DNA of 64,000 nucleotides from a bacterium (GTDB lineage Bacteria; Myxococcota_A; UBA9160; UBA4427): NCBI GenBank assembly GCA_031413515.1, contig JANOFF010000143.1, forward strand, positions 10,539-74,538. The letters are read 5' to 3'. How positions within the stretch are numbered: position 1 is the first letter of the stretch; the number at the start of each line of letters is the position of its first letter. Shown here one piece after another: positions 9,321 to 17,441 of the stretch. The notes beneath the pieces are model-generated. The model searched no databases. It had not been told where the DNA came from and saw only the letters and a list, made by a program, of their open reading frames with translations. The translations under genes were made by a program, and so were the position numbers.

Positions 9321-10598
9321 GTGAGCGAAGCCCTTCGAGAGATTCCGCAATTGCCGTCCGGCAGATCCGCCGAGGGATTGCGCAGCTACGTGGAGCAGAT
9401 CGACCGGATCACCCGGAATCTGCGCGAGCATGGCGCGCTCGCGATCATCCTGATCGATGCCCAGGCGCTCGCGAGCGTCGAACGCGGCTACGGGATCGAC
9501 GTGTTCCTCCGCTCGCGCTCCCAGCTCGAAGCGCAGATCCTCGAGGCCTGTGCGACGACCCTCGAGCCGGCTGATCTAGTGGCTTCGGGAGAGCTCGGGT
9601 CGGAACAGGTCGTGATCTTCCTGTTCCGCTCGCGGAGCAACGACGTCTTCTACCGCGAGAACCTCGGCGAGATCGCCGAGGCGCTGCGTGTGCAGTTCGC
9701 CGAGTGCGGCAACAAGATCGTCTACCCGTATCAGCGCGAGACCCCCGATCTGCCGATCGGGCAATCCGTGATCTTCCACAATCCGGGCATGCGTGAAGAA
9801 CGGCAGGTCCGCGAGGCCCTGCAGGCCGCGGTGCGCGATGCGGATCTGAATCAGCGCCTCGTCCGTCGAGCCCGCGCGAAACGGATGAGCGATCTGGTGC
9901 TGTCGGAGGATGTCACGATCCTCTACGAACCGATCGTGAACCTGATGACGCGAGAAGTGATCGGCTTCGAGGCACTCGTGCGGGGTCCCTGGGACAGCGA
10001 ACTCGAGAGCCCGGCGGCTCTCTTTGCACTGGCCGAGGAGGCGAATCTCGTCTTCGAACTCGATTGTCTCTGTCGCCGCGCGGCGCTGCGCGGAGCGCGC
10101 GGGCTGGCGCCCGGAAAACTCCTGTTCCTGAACTGCCTGCCCACCGCGATCCACGACCCCGCCTTCCGTGGGGACGTTCTGCGAAGCACCCTCGAGGATC
10201 TGCGGCTGCGTCCCAACGACATGGTGTTCGAGATCTCCGAACGGGAGTCGATCGGCAACTTCTCGATCTTCCGGGAGGCTCGCGACTACTACGGCGGGCT
10301 CGGATTCCGCATTGCGCTGGACGACACCGGGGTCGCCTATGGAAGTCTCGAGGCGATCATGGAATTGTCGCCGGACTTCATCAAGGTGGATCTCTCGCTC
10401 GTCCGCGGGATCGACACCGATCCGCCCCGTCAGGAACTGCTTCGAGCGCTCCACACGGTGGCCATCAAGCTCAATGCGCGGATCATCGCCGAGGGAATCG
10501 AGACCAGCGAGGAACTCGCGACGATCCGGTCCCTTGGCATCCCACTCGGACAGGGATTCCTGTTCGGTCGGCCGGCCCCGCTTCGCCGCGGCGTCTAG
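9321..10598 (+). CDS. Degenerate GGDEF-like domain + EAL domain protein (putative c-di-GMP phosphodiesterase)
   Basis: The GTG at 9321 is the first start after the uvrA stop. The N-terminal domain has GSEQV where GGDEF is expected. The C-terminal half carries EAL-domain motifs (YEPIVNL...GFEALVRG, DDTGVAYGSL, IAEGIET, GQGFLFGRP). Confidence 0.85.
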   Translation: MSEALREIPQLPSGRSAEGLRSYVEQIDRITRNLREHGALAIILIDAQALASVERGYGIDVFLRSRSQLEAQILEACATTLEPADLVASGELGSEQVVIFLFRSRSNDVFYRENLGEIAEALRVQFAECGNKIVYPYQRETPDLPIGQSVIFHNPGMREERQVREALQAAVRDADLNQRLVRRARAKRMSDLVLSEDVTILYEPIVNLMTREVIGFEALVRGPWDSELESPAALFALAEEANLVFELDCLCRRAALRGARGLAPGKLLFLNCLPTAIHDPAFRGDVLRSTLEDLRLRPNDMVFEISERESIGNFSIFREARDYYGGLGFRIALDDTGVAYGSLEAIMELSPDFIKVDLSLVRGIDTDPPRQELLRALHTVAIKLNARIIAEGIETSEELATIRSLGIPLGQGFLFGRPAPLRRGV

Positions 10599-10652
10599 CG
10601 GGGCGGGTGCGGGAGATGTCTCTCGCCCGTCGAGCGATCGCCCGGCAATGCT

Positions 10653-10997
10653 TCAGATCGCGCGCTTGGCTTGCTCCTTCTGTGCCTTGCGTCGCTGAGT
10701 GAAGATCCGCTTGTCGTGCTCCGTACGAAGTTCACGCTCGAGTTTGTCGAGCACGGCGTCGCTCACGGGTCTCAGGTGTTCGAGCCCCTTCGCGTGCGCG
10801 GCGATCCGGGTGCGCTTGCCGGTCACGTGGCCATGACACTCGAGGTTCTTCGCGTCCGGCCGGATCGTGAGCTCGAAGTGCGTCGCTTCGGGGAACTCCC
10901 CCGCGAATTCCTCGCACCGGGCGCGAATGTGGTCTCGCACCTCCTCGTCGACGCTCATGTCCTTGAAGTGGATGATGATGGTGGGTTCACTCGACAT
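10653..10997 (-). CDS. hpf: Ribosome hibernation-promoting factor / RaiA family (short form)
   Basis: The ATG at 10997 is preceded by GGAGGA. The 114-aa product MSSEPTIIIHFKDMSVDEEVRDHIRARCEEF... matches the sigma54-modulation/YfiA fold pattern. The rest of the 308-aa ORF is an Arg/Pro-rich extension. Confidence 0.8.
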   Translation of the reverse strand: MSSEPTIIIHFKDMSVDEEVRDHIRARCEEFAGEFPEATHFELTIRPDAKNLECHGHVTGKRTRIAAHAKGLEHLRPVSDAVLDKLERELRTEHDKRIFTQRRKAQKEQAKRAI

Positions 10998-11228
10998 GGT
11001 TTCCTCCGCGATGGGTTCGTTGGTGGGAGCGGTACGACGCGACGCGCGCTCGACGCGCGCGGGTCGGGGAAACATGGAGCGCCCGGGAGGTGCGGACACG
11101 GGATGCGGCGAGGATGAATCGCCGGGAATCGGTTCGCTGGAGAGCGCTACGACATGCCATCGGTCTGCTACGAGGCTACCACACGGATCGGTGGTGCGGG
11201 CACTCGAAGGGGTGCCGGGTCGACGGAC

Positions 11229-11327
11229 TGGCGGCGAGGGACGGGAATCGAACCCGCCTGGAACGTGGTGACACGCTCCACACTCGATTTGAAGTCGATG
11301 CCGGGCACCAGCCGCAGAAACCCCGCC
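11229..11327 (-). tRNA. selC: Candidate tRNA-Sec (anticodon UCA)
   Basis: 99 nt on the minus strand: GGCGGGGTTTCTGCGGCTGGTGCCCGGCATCGACTTCAAATCGAGTGTGGAGCGTGTCACCACGTTCCAGGCGGGTTCGATTCCCGTCCCTCGCCGCCA. The anticodon loop is CU-UCA-AA. The acceptor is extended (7 bp plus a mismatch), the D-stem is about 6 bp with the 4-nt loop TGGT, and there is a long variable arm (GTGG...CCAC). The T-stem is 5 bp with a TTCGATT loop. The discriminator is G and CCA is encoded. The anticodon stem is weak (4 bp plus A.G). Confidence 0.6.
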
Positions 11328-11455
11328 ATGTCGGAAGCTACGCGATGGTCGGGAGTCGCGCATCGACGTTCGTGCGGGCCCGCCGCCGCGTTCTTGACTG
11401 CGTTCTTCACGAATCCGATGTCGATCGACGATACGGCGTAGTAGACTGTATAGTC

Positions 11456-12343
11456 GTGAGCACCTACTCGCTCCATGATGCAGCGCGCATCCTGAAGGTC
11501 TCGCCAGCGCGCCTGCGCTACTGGAAGCGAACCGAACTCGTGCCTTCCTTCCGATCGGATGCGGTCGAGGGCGATCCACGTTCGCTCGATTTCAACGACC
11601 TCGTCTGTATCCGAGGCGTTCTGTCGCTGATCGAACAAGGCGTGCCGCTCCGCCGCATCCGTCGCACGGTTGAGATGCTGCGCGAACGTCTGCCCGAGGT
11701 CGACGACCCCATGCGCGCTCTTCGGGTCTGGGCCGAGGGCTCCGAGCGCATCGTGATCCGACACGACGGAAAGTTGCTCGAGGCGGACGGGCAGGCTGTG
11801 CTCGATTTCGGGCCGGAACACGTTCCCGCCGACCGCATCCGTGCGATCACCGCACTCTCGACGATTCCTTCGCCCGCGGAGGCCGCCGAAGAGCTCTTCG
11901 CTCGAGGCTGCCAGCTCGACGGAGATCCAGCCAGCTACGAAGCCGCGATCGCCTGCTACCAGCAGGGGATCGATCTCGTCCCGGATTTCGCGGATTGCCA
12001 CTGCAACCTCGGAGCGGTCTACTACAACCGAGGTGATCGTTCGAACGCCCGTCGCTGCTTCGAGCGATGCCTCGAGATCGACGGGGACCACGTCGAAGGC
12101 AACTTCAACCTGGCAAATCTGCTCGAAGAGGACGGCTCGGACGCAGACGCGCTGCGTCGCTACAAGATCGCGCTCGCCGCCGACCCGCTATACCCGGACC
12201 TGCACATCAATCTCGCGCTGTTGTACGAGAAGCTGAGTCAGTCCGGTGCGGCGCGTCGACATTGGCGTCGGTACGTCCAGCTCGAGTCGCGTGGTGCCTG
12301 GTCCGACGTTGCGCGCCGCCGACTCGAGCGCAACGACGAATGA
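11456..12343 (+). CDS. MerR-family HTH regulator fused to TPR repeats
   Basis: The GTG at 11456 is followed by YSLHDAARILKVSPARLRYWKRTELV (MerR HTH). The C-terminal half has TPR-like repeats (AIACYQQGIDLVPDFADCHCNLGAVYYNRGD..., ALRRYKIALAADPLYPDLHINLALLYEK). Confidence 0.8.
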   Translation: MSTYSLHDAARILKVSPARLRYWKRTELVPSFRSDAVEGDPRSLDFNDLVCIRGVLSLIEQGVPLRRIRRTVEMLRERLPEVDDPMRALRVWAEGSERIVIRHDGKLLEADGQAVLDFGPEHVPADRIRAITALSTIPSPAEAAEELFARGCQLDGDPASYEAAIACYQQGIDLVPDFADCHCNLGAVYYNRGDRSNARRCFERCLEIDGDHVEGNFNLANLLEEDGSDADALRRYKIALAADPLYPDLHINLALLYEKLSQSGAARRHWRRYVQLESRGAWSDVARRRLERNDE

Positions 12344-12376
12344 GCGAGCGGGCCGCAGAGCGGGAGGGCCAGCCTG

Positions 12377-12781
12377 CTAGTCGCCGGATCGAGCGTCGAT
12401 GTGGGCCTTGTAGGTCCGGACGTCGAGCAGGCCATCGAACTCCTGCGGTGACGTGGCTCGCACCACGATCAGCCAACCCTCGCCATAACAGTCGCCATTG
12501 ACGGTTTCGGGTGCGTCTTCGAGCGAGCTGTTCACCTCGAGGATCTCGAGCGCGACCGGCGCATAGAGATCGGAGACCGCCTTGACGGATTCGATCACGC
12601 CGAATGGCTGCCCCGCTTCGTAGCGGGCCCCGACCTCGGGCAGCTCGACGAATACGACGTCTCCGAGCTGCTGCTGCGCGTAGTCGGTGATCCCGACGCG
12701 GTATCGCTGACTGCCCTCGGACCGGACCCACTCGTCGTCGCGGCTGTAGCGGATCTCTTCGGGCAGGTTGTAGTCGGCCAA
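12377..12781 (-). CDS. gcvH: Glycine cleavage system protein H
   Basis: 134 aa with a TTG start. The lipoyl-lysine motif is GVIESVKAVSDLYAPV and the flanks are typical (VGITDYAQQQLGDVVFVELPEVG). Confidence 0.93.
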   Translation of the reverse strand: MADYNLPEEIRYSRDDEWVRSEGSQRYRVGITDYAQQQLGDVVFVELPEVGARYEAGQPFGVIESVKAVSDLYAPVALEILEVNSSLEDAPETVNGDCYGEGWLIVVRATSPQEFDGLLDVRTYKAHIDARSGD

Positions 12782-12865
12782 CGGTCGTGCTCCCTGTCTC
12801 GTTGTCTGCGTTGTATTTCGGGTCCGATCGGCGAGGTCAGCCTGCCGATCGCACCTGAAACGTGT

Positions 12866-13975
12866 TCATCGACCCTTGGCAACGAATGGTGTCTCGACGA
12901 TCTGCGCGCCGATGGCACGGCCTCGAACCATGATGTCGATGCGCGTCCCCGGCACCGCGAAGCGCGGCGGAACGTAGCCGAGCCCGATCGGCTTTCCGAG
13001 GGTGGGCGAGGGTGCGCCAGACGTCACATGGCCGATCTCCCGGCCATCGACCGAGATCGGATAACCGGCTCGTGCGATGCCGCGTTCCTCGACCACGAAT
13101 CCCACGAGTTGGCGAACCCGTCCACGCTCTTCGCGCGCTTCGATGGCCTCTGCGCCGATGAACCCGCCGCGGCTGCGTTTGACGAATCGCTCGAGGCCCG
13201 CTTCGAGGGGGCTGGTCGAATCGTCGAGTTCGTGTCCATACAACGCCATCGCGGCTTCGAGGCGCAGTGTGTCCCGAGCACCGAGGCCGGCCGGGACGAG
13301 TCCCGAGGCAGCGCCCTGTTCGAGCAGCGCATCGAAGATCATTCGCACCTCGCGGGCGGGCGTGTAGATCTCGAATCCATCGGAGCCCGTATAGCCGGTG
13401 CGCGAGATCAAGACTGGAACGCCGGCGATCTCGTATCGGGCGAACGTGAATCTCCCGAGGTCGCGCACCGGTTTCGTCTCGGCATCCGGCCGCGCCAGCG
13501 CGCCGAGCACTCCGGCGCTCGCGGGACCCTGTAGCGCGAGAAGACCGGTCTGTGTGCTGCGATCATCGACACCGGCTTGCGGGGGTGCGTGATCGACGAT
13601 CCAGGTGAAATCCTTGGCGATGTTCGAAGCGTTGACGCAGAGGAAGAGCGCGTCGGCGGATTCGCGATACACGGTCACGTCGTCCACGCAACCGCCTGCT
13701 TCGTTGCAGAGAAGGCCGTATCGGACGCGACCGGGTTTCAGGTCGTCGATGCGGCAGGTGACGAGCCGCTCGGCGGTGGCGATGGCCGCGGGCCCGACGA
13801 GATGGATCTGTCCCATATGCGAGACATCGAAGAGGCCGGCGCGGTCGCGTACAGCCGCGTGCTCGTCGATGATCGAGGTGTACTGCACGGGCATCGAGAA
13901 GCCGGCGAACTCGACCATGCGGGCGCCGAGTTCGACGTGGCGCGCGTAGAGCGGCGTGCGTGCGGGTTCGCTCAT
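12866..13975 (-). CDS. gcvT: Glycine cleavage system aminomethyltransferase T
   Basis: The ATG at 13975 overlaps the folD stop (ATGA). The 369-aa product reads MSEPARTPLYARHVELGARMVEFAGFSMPVQY...DVSHMGQ. The upstream 400+ residues of the 781-aa ORF are Arg/Pro-rich read-through across folD in another frame. Confidence 0.93.
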   Translation of the reverse strand: MSEPARTPLYARHVELGARMVEFAGFSMPVQYTSIIDEHAAVRDRAGLFDVSHMGQIHLVGPAAIATAERLVTCRIDDLKPGRVRYGLLCNEAGGCVDDVTVYRESADALFLCVNASNIAKDFTWIVDHAPPQAGVDDRSTQTGLLALQGPASAGVLGALARPDAETKPVRDLGRFTFARYEIAGVPVLISRTGYTGSDGFEIYTPAREVRMIFDALLEQGAASGLVPAGLGARDTLRLEAAMALYGHELDDSTSPLEAGLERFVKRSRGGFIGAEAIEAREERGRVRQLVGFVVEERGIARAGYPISVDGREIGHVTSGAPSPTLGKPIGLGYVPPRFAVPGTRIDIMVRGRAIGAQIVETPFVAKGR

Positions 13976-14856
13976 CGGATCTTGCGTGCCCGGTATGCGT
14001 GCAGCGTGTTGCGAAGCAGCATCGTGATCGTCAGGGGACCGATTCCGCGGCGCGACGGCGTCAGGACCCCGGCGATTCCGAGCGCGGCGTCGAAGTCGAC
14101 GTCGCCGACCAGTTGACCGTCGACTTCGGTAACACCCACGTCGATCACCGCCGCGCCGGGCTTGATCCAGTCGGCCTTCACCATCCGGGGCTGTCCGGCG
14201 GCGGCGACCAGGATATCGGCCTGCCGGCAGATCGCGGGCAGTTCCCGGGTCCGTGAGTGGCACATCGTGACCGTCGCGTTTCGCTGTTGGAGCAGCAGGG
14301 AGACGGGCTTGCCGACGATGTTGCTGCGTCCGATCACCACCGCGTGGGCGCCGTCGATCGGAACTTCGAAGTGATCGAGGGCGGCCATGATGCCGAGTGG
14401 TGTGCACGAGATCAGGTCCGCCGTGCCGGCCAGGAGACGGCCCGAGGTGGTGGGATGCAGGGCGTCCGCATCCTTGGCGGGATCGACCGCCTCGGCGACT
14501 CGCGCCGCCGAGATGTGCGCGGGCAATGGCAACTGGACGAGGATCCCGTCGATCGCGTCGTCGGCATCGAGCCGGGCGATCAGCTTCAGCAGGGTGTCTT
14601 CCGCGGTCGACTCGGGGAGCAGATGCTCGACGGCGTCCATGCCGATCCGCGCACACGCGCGCTGCTTGCCCTTGATGTAGGAGAGACTGGCCGGATCGTC
14701 GCCGACGAGCACGACCGCCAGGCAGGGGGCTCGGTGACCCGCCGCCACGAGCTTGGCGACCTGCTCGGCCAGTCCATCGCGGATCGTCTGCGCGAGGGCG
14801 AGCCCATCGAGCACGCGGGTTTCGATCGAACCGCCTCGTGCAGCGGGACCGCTCAT
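13972..14856 (-). CDS. folD: Bifunctional methylenetetrahydrofolate dehydrogenase/cyclohydrolase
   Basis: 294 aa. LAVVLVGDDPASLSYIKGKQRACARIGM...GILVQLPLP...VVIGRSNIVGKP...VGDVDF...TPSRRGIGPLTITMLLRNT. Confidence 0.93.
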   Translation of the reverse strand: MSGPAARGGSIETRVLDGLALAQTIRDGLAEQVAKLVAAGHRAPCLAVVLVGDDPASLSYIKGKQRACARIGMDAVEHLLPESTAEDTLLKLIARLDADDAIDGILVQLPLPAHISAARVAEAVDPAKDADALHPTTSGRLLAGTADLISCTPLGIMAALDHFEVPIDGAHAVVIGRSNIVGKPVSLLLQQRNATVTMCHSRTRELPAICRQADILVAAAGQPRMVKADWIKPGAAVIDVGVTEVDGQLVGDVDFDAALGIAGVLTPSRRGIGPLTITMLLRNTLHAYRARKIR

Positions 14857-14900
14857 CGGGCCTCCGGTTGCGGGTTGCGGGGCCTTCGCGAAGCGCGAGA

Positions 14901-14941
14901 GGGCGGGTGGGGGAGTGAAGGACGGGACTGGGGGAGGGGGG
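14901..14941 (+). promoter_or_regulatory. G-run cluster (G-quadruplex-type motif) opposite the C-rich folD 5' leader
   Basis: GGGCGGGTGGGGGAGTGAAGGACGGGACTGGGGGAGGGGGG contains six runs of 3 or more G. It lies in the 119-nt gap between fmdB and folD. The mRNA-sense (minus) strand is correspondingly a polypyrimidine tract. Confidence 0.3.
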
Positions 14942-14975
14942 CTGCCGCGCGAGTATAACGTCGCGTGTCCGGCCC

Positions 14976-15362
14976 TCAGGCCGCGCTCTTGCCGGACGCC
15001 TTGCCGGACTTGGCTGGTTTGCCGCCGGTCTTTGCCGGCTTGCTCTCGACCTTCTTGCCGCCGTCCGCGGTCTTCGTGTCCGTCGAAACCTTCGTCTCGC
15101 TCGCCGTGCTGGTGGAGTCGCTCGCTGATGGCGAGTCCGAGGAGGTCGACGTCGTCGAGTCGGCGGCGGCTTTCTTCTTAGCGTCGGCATAGCCGTCCGC
15201 GTACAAGCCACCGCCCTTCAGTACGAACGAAGTGCGCGAAATCAGCTTCGTGACCTTGCGCGCCTTGCACTTCGGACACGTCTTGATCGGCGGCTCCGAC
15301 ATGGATTGCTCACGCTCGAAGGTGTGGCCGCACTTGCTGCACTCGTATTCGTAGATCGGCAT
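14976..15362 (-). CDS. FmdB-family zinc-ribbon protein with K/S/T-rich low-complexity tail
   Basis: [34 protein letters not shown] (CxxC...CxxC zinc ribbon). A GGAGAG Shine-Dalgarno sits 7 nt upstream. The tail contains GKPAK-like repeats. Confidence 0.85.
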   Translation of the reverse strand: MPIYEYECSKCGHTFEREQSMSEPPIKTCPKCKARKVTKLISRTSFVLKGGGLYADGYADAKKKAAADSTTSTSSDSPSASDSTSTASETKVSTDTKTADGGKKVESKPAKTGGKPAKSGKASGKSAA

Positions 15363-15474
15363 GCTGAGCTCTCCGTTGGGTCATCGATCCCCGATTTCAG
15401 GGGGCGATCGTGTCCGGCCGACTCCCGGACATCGGAGCGTCGAGCGGCGGGGGATCCGCTCGATCGTCGAACCG

Positions 15475-15507
15475 AAAAACGCGAGTTCGACAGGTTCCTC
15501 CGTCGAA
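15475..15507 (-). terminator. Weak candidate terminator downstream of yggU
   Basis: On the minus strand the stem TTCGAC/GTCGAA has a 10-nt loop and is followed by CTCGCG and TTTTT. It is one of the very few T-runs in any intergenic region of the window. Confidence 0.25.
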
Positions 15508-15548
15508 GGATCGGCACCCACCGGGCGATGAACCGGGGCAGCGGTGGT

Positions 15549-15875
15549 TTATCCCAGTCCGGATCGGGTCGCCAGCGTGTGGAGCCGGTCTGCGAGCCTG
15601 CCGGGGTCGCCCGTGACGAGCACTCGCTTTCGCCGTCCGCGTGCGGCGGGATCGAGTTGGACCTGGCTTGCCAAGACGCCGAATGCCTCGCCGAGCGCCG
15701 CGCGGCAGGCGGCGTTCGCCCGACCTTCGATCGCGGGTGCGCGTGTTCGCACCCTCAATGCGTCGCCGTGGGCAGGGCCGATCTCGTCCGTTCGCGCACC
15801 GGGAGTCACGTGGATGAAGAATCCGATTCCCTCCGGATTCGAGTCCACGGCAACTGGCGAGCGGGCGTGGCTCAA
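15549..15875 (-). CDS. yggU: DUF167 (YggU) family protein
   Basis: 108 aa. The TTG start overlaps the divIVA stop (TTGA). ...FFIHVTPGARTDEI....LRVRTRAPAIEGRANAACRAALGEAFGV fits the YggU pattern. Confidence 0.8.
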   Translation of the reverse strand: MSHARSPVAVDSNPEGIGFFIHVTPGARTDEIGPAHGDALRVRTRAPAIEGRANAACRAALGEAFGVLASQVQLDPAARGRRKRVLVTGDPGRLADRLHTLATRSGLG

Positions 15876-16453
15876 ACGCTTCCTTTGGACTCCGCGGCGG
15901 GCAGGGGGCGCTGAACTTCGGTGCTCGCCTCTCGTGCGTTCTTGTTCTTGTCGAGATAGGCGATCTTGCCGTCGACCAGCGCGTCGACGAGTGGGCTGCT
16001 CGCACCGTCGACGGTGAGGTTCTCGATCAGGCCGAGGTGCGTGTCGAGCACCGCTCGCAGGGACTCGGCGATCTGGCTCCGCAACCCGCGCAGCTCCCGG
16101 ATGTTCTCAGCGAGTCGTCCGGCTCGTCGGTGCGATGCATCGATGATCTTCTCCGCGCGCAGTTCCGTCTCGGCAAGCAGTACCTCGCACTCTTTTTCGG
16201 CCGCGAGCCGCATCTTGTCGGTCATCGACTGGGCGTTCAGCAGCGTCTCCTGCAGGAGCTTCTCCTGGCCGGCCAACGCGGCCACGCGCTCCTCGAGATG
16301 GGCAATCCGGCTGCGCTGCGCTTCGTTCTCCCGCAGCAGGGCCTCGTAGTCCTCGGTCACCATCCGCAGAAAGACCTCGACCTCCTCGGGATCGAAGCCA
16401 CGAAGGCGTCGGCCGAAGCGATGGCTCTGGATCTCGAGCGGCGTGATGCGCAT
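15872..16453 (-). CDS. divIVA: DivIVA domain protein
   Basis: The ATG at 16453 opens MRITPLEIQSHRFGRRLRGFDPEEVEVFLRMVTEDYEALLREN, which is the canonical DivIVA N-terminus and is followed by a coiled coil. The longer 500-aa ORF is read-through across proC. Confidence 0.88.
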   Translation of the reverse strand: MRITPLEIQSHRFGRRLRGFDPEEVEVFLRMVTEDYEALLRENEAQRSRIAHLEERVAALAGQEKLLQETLLNAQSMTDKMRLAAEKECEVLLAETELRAEKIIDASHRRAGRLAENIRELRGLRSQIAESLRAVLDTHLGLIENLTVDGASSPLVDALVDGKIAYLDKNKNAREASTEVQRPLPAAESKGSV

Positions 16454-16569
16454 GACGATTCGCTCCCCTTCCGGGACATATCCCGGTCGTGCAGCTGATC
16501 GGCCGGGCCGGCGCCCGGCTTGAGGAATCCCGTCACACTTCCAGGATCCCGCGCCATCGTTGCGGCCGC

Positions 16570-17394
16570 CTACTCGCCGAGTTCTCGCGAACGCCGCGTG
16601 GCGGCGTCGACCGCGTTGTAGATCGCGGATCGCACGCCCCCGGCCTCGAGTTGTTCGAGCCCGGCGATCGTGGTTCCGCCCGGCGACGTGACCTGGTCCT
16701 TGAGGCTCGCCGGGTGACGACCGCTCTGCTGTGCGAGGCGGGCGGCTCCGATCACCGTCTGGAAGGCGAGCTGGTAGGCGGCGTCCCGGGGCAGTCCCTG
16801 GCGGACGCCTGCGTCGCCGAGCGCCTCGAGGATCAGGAACACGTAGGCGGGTCCGCTGCCGGAGAGGCCTGTCACGGCGTCCAGCATGTTTTCGTTCGGT
16901 GCTTCCCAGGTCGTCCCCACCGCGGCGAACAGGGCGTTGGCAGCCGCGCGATCCGCGTCGCTGGTTCGCGAATTCGGCGAGAGCACACTCGCGCCTTCGC
17001 CGATCAGGGCAGGCGTGTTGGGCATGGCGCGCACCACGCGGCTGGCCGGGCCGAGGGCGCGCTCGAGGGTGGCGATCCCGATGCCAGCCGCGATCGAGAT
17101 CCAGAGCTTGCTCTCCGGCACGGCGGTGGCAGGCAGAGCCGAGAGCATGCTGACGACCGCGCCCGGTTTCACGCAGACGACGAGGATGTCGGAAGCCTCG
17201 ACCAGCGCGGCATTGTCGCCACCGGTCTCGACGCCCAGATCCAGGGTGAAGGATGCCCGCTGGGACGGCACGACGTCGGTGCCGCGCAGCTGTGACTTCG
17301 GAATCCCGGCGGCGAGCAGTCCACCGCAGAGGGCCCGCGACATCGCGCCACAGCCGATGAAGCCGATCCGCCATCCGTCGAGCGCGTTGATCAT
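16570..17394 (-). CDS. proC: Pyrroline-5-carboxylate reductase
   Basis: MINALDGWRIGFIGCGAMSRALCGGLL...VVCVKP...RAMPNTPALIGEGA...SGSGPAYVF...TSPGGTT. An ATG with a GAGGGA Shine-Dalgarno was chosen over the longer ORF start at 17445. Confidence 0.92.
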   Translation of the reverse strand: MINALDGWRIGFIGCGAMSRALCGGLLAAGIPKSQLRGTDVVPSQRASFTLDLGVETGGDNAALVEASDILVVCVKPGAVVSMLSALPATAVPESKLWISIAAGIGIATLERALGPASRVVRAMPNTPALIGEGASVLSPNSRTSDADRAAANALFAAVGTTWEAPNENMLDAVTGLSGSGPAYVFLILEALGDAGVRQGLPRDAAYQLAFQTVIGAARLAQQSGRHPASLKDQVTSPGGTTIAGLEQLEAGGVRSAIYNAVDAATRRSRELGE

Positions 17395-17441
17395 CTCGTC
17401 CCTCTTCTTCTTGTCATCGCCGCGGCTCGGGTGCTCTCCGC

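Noticed and set aside
10610-10629. Hairpin between the convergent EAL and hpf genes as a bidirectional terminator.
   Set aside because: The stem is imperfect (it has a bulge) and there is no flanking T/A run, so I cannot distinguish it from background GC-rich self-complementarity.
13960-14975. Glycine riboswitch upstream of gcvT or folD.
   Set aside because: gcvT overlaps folD (ATGA), so there is no leader. In the folD leader I could not find the conserved GGAGAG...CACCGAAGGGGCAA-type cores on either strand.
15000-15200. Tandem-repeat-looking DNA in the 3' half of the fmdB-like gene (cttgccggac-type repeats).
   Set aside because: It encodes a low-complexity Lys/Ser/Thr/Gly tail (GKPAK-like units) of the zinc-ribbon protein. 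It is short, imperfect and in frame, not an independent repeat element.
12866-15211. Over-extended ORFs that suggest giant fusion proteins. Examples are 781 aa over gcvT+folD, 500 aa over divIVA+proC, 687 aa over pmbA+tldD, 585 aa over HAD+ArsR-MT, 462 aa over tpiA+pgk, 1186 aa over the acylase plus antisense pgk, and 709 aa over the peptidase plus ligase.
   Set aside because: In each case the recognisable domain starts at an internal ATG or GTG. That start often has a Shine-Dalgarno or an ATGA/GTGA overlap with the upstream gene. The upstream extension is Arg/Pro-rich read-through of a neighbouring gene in another frame.
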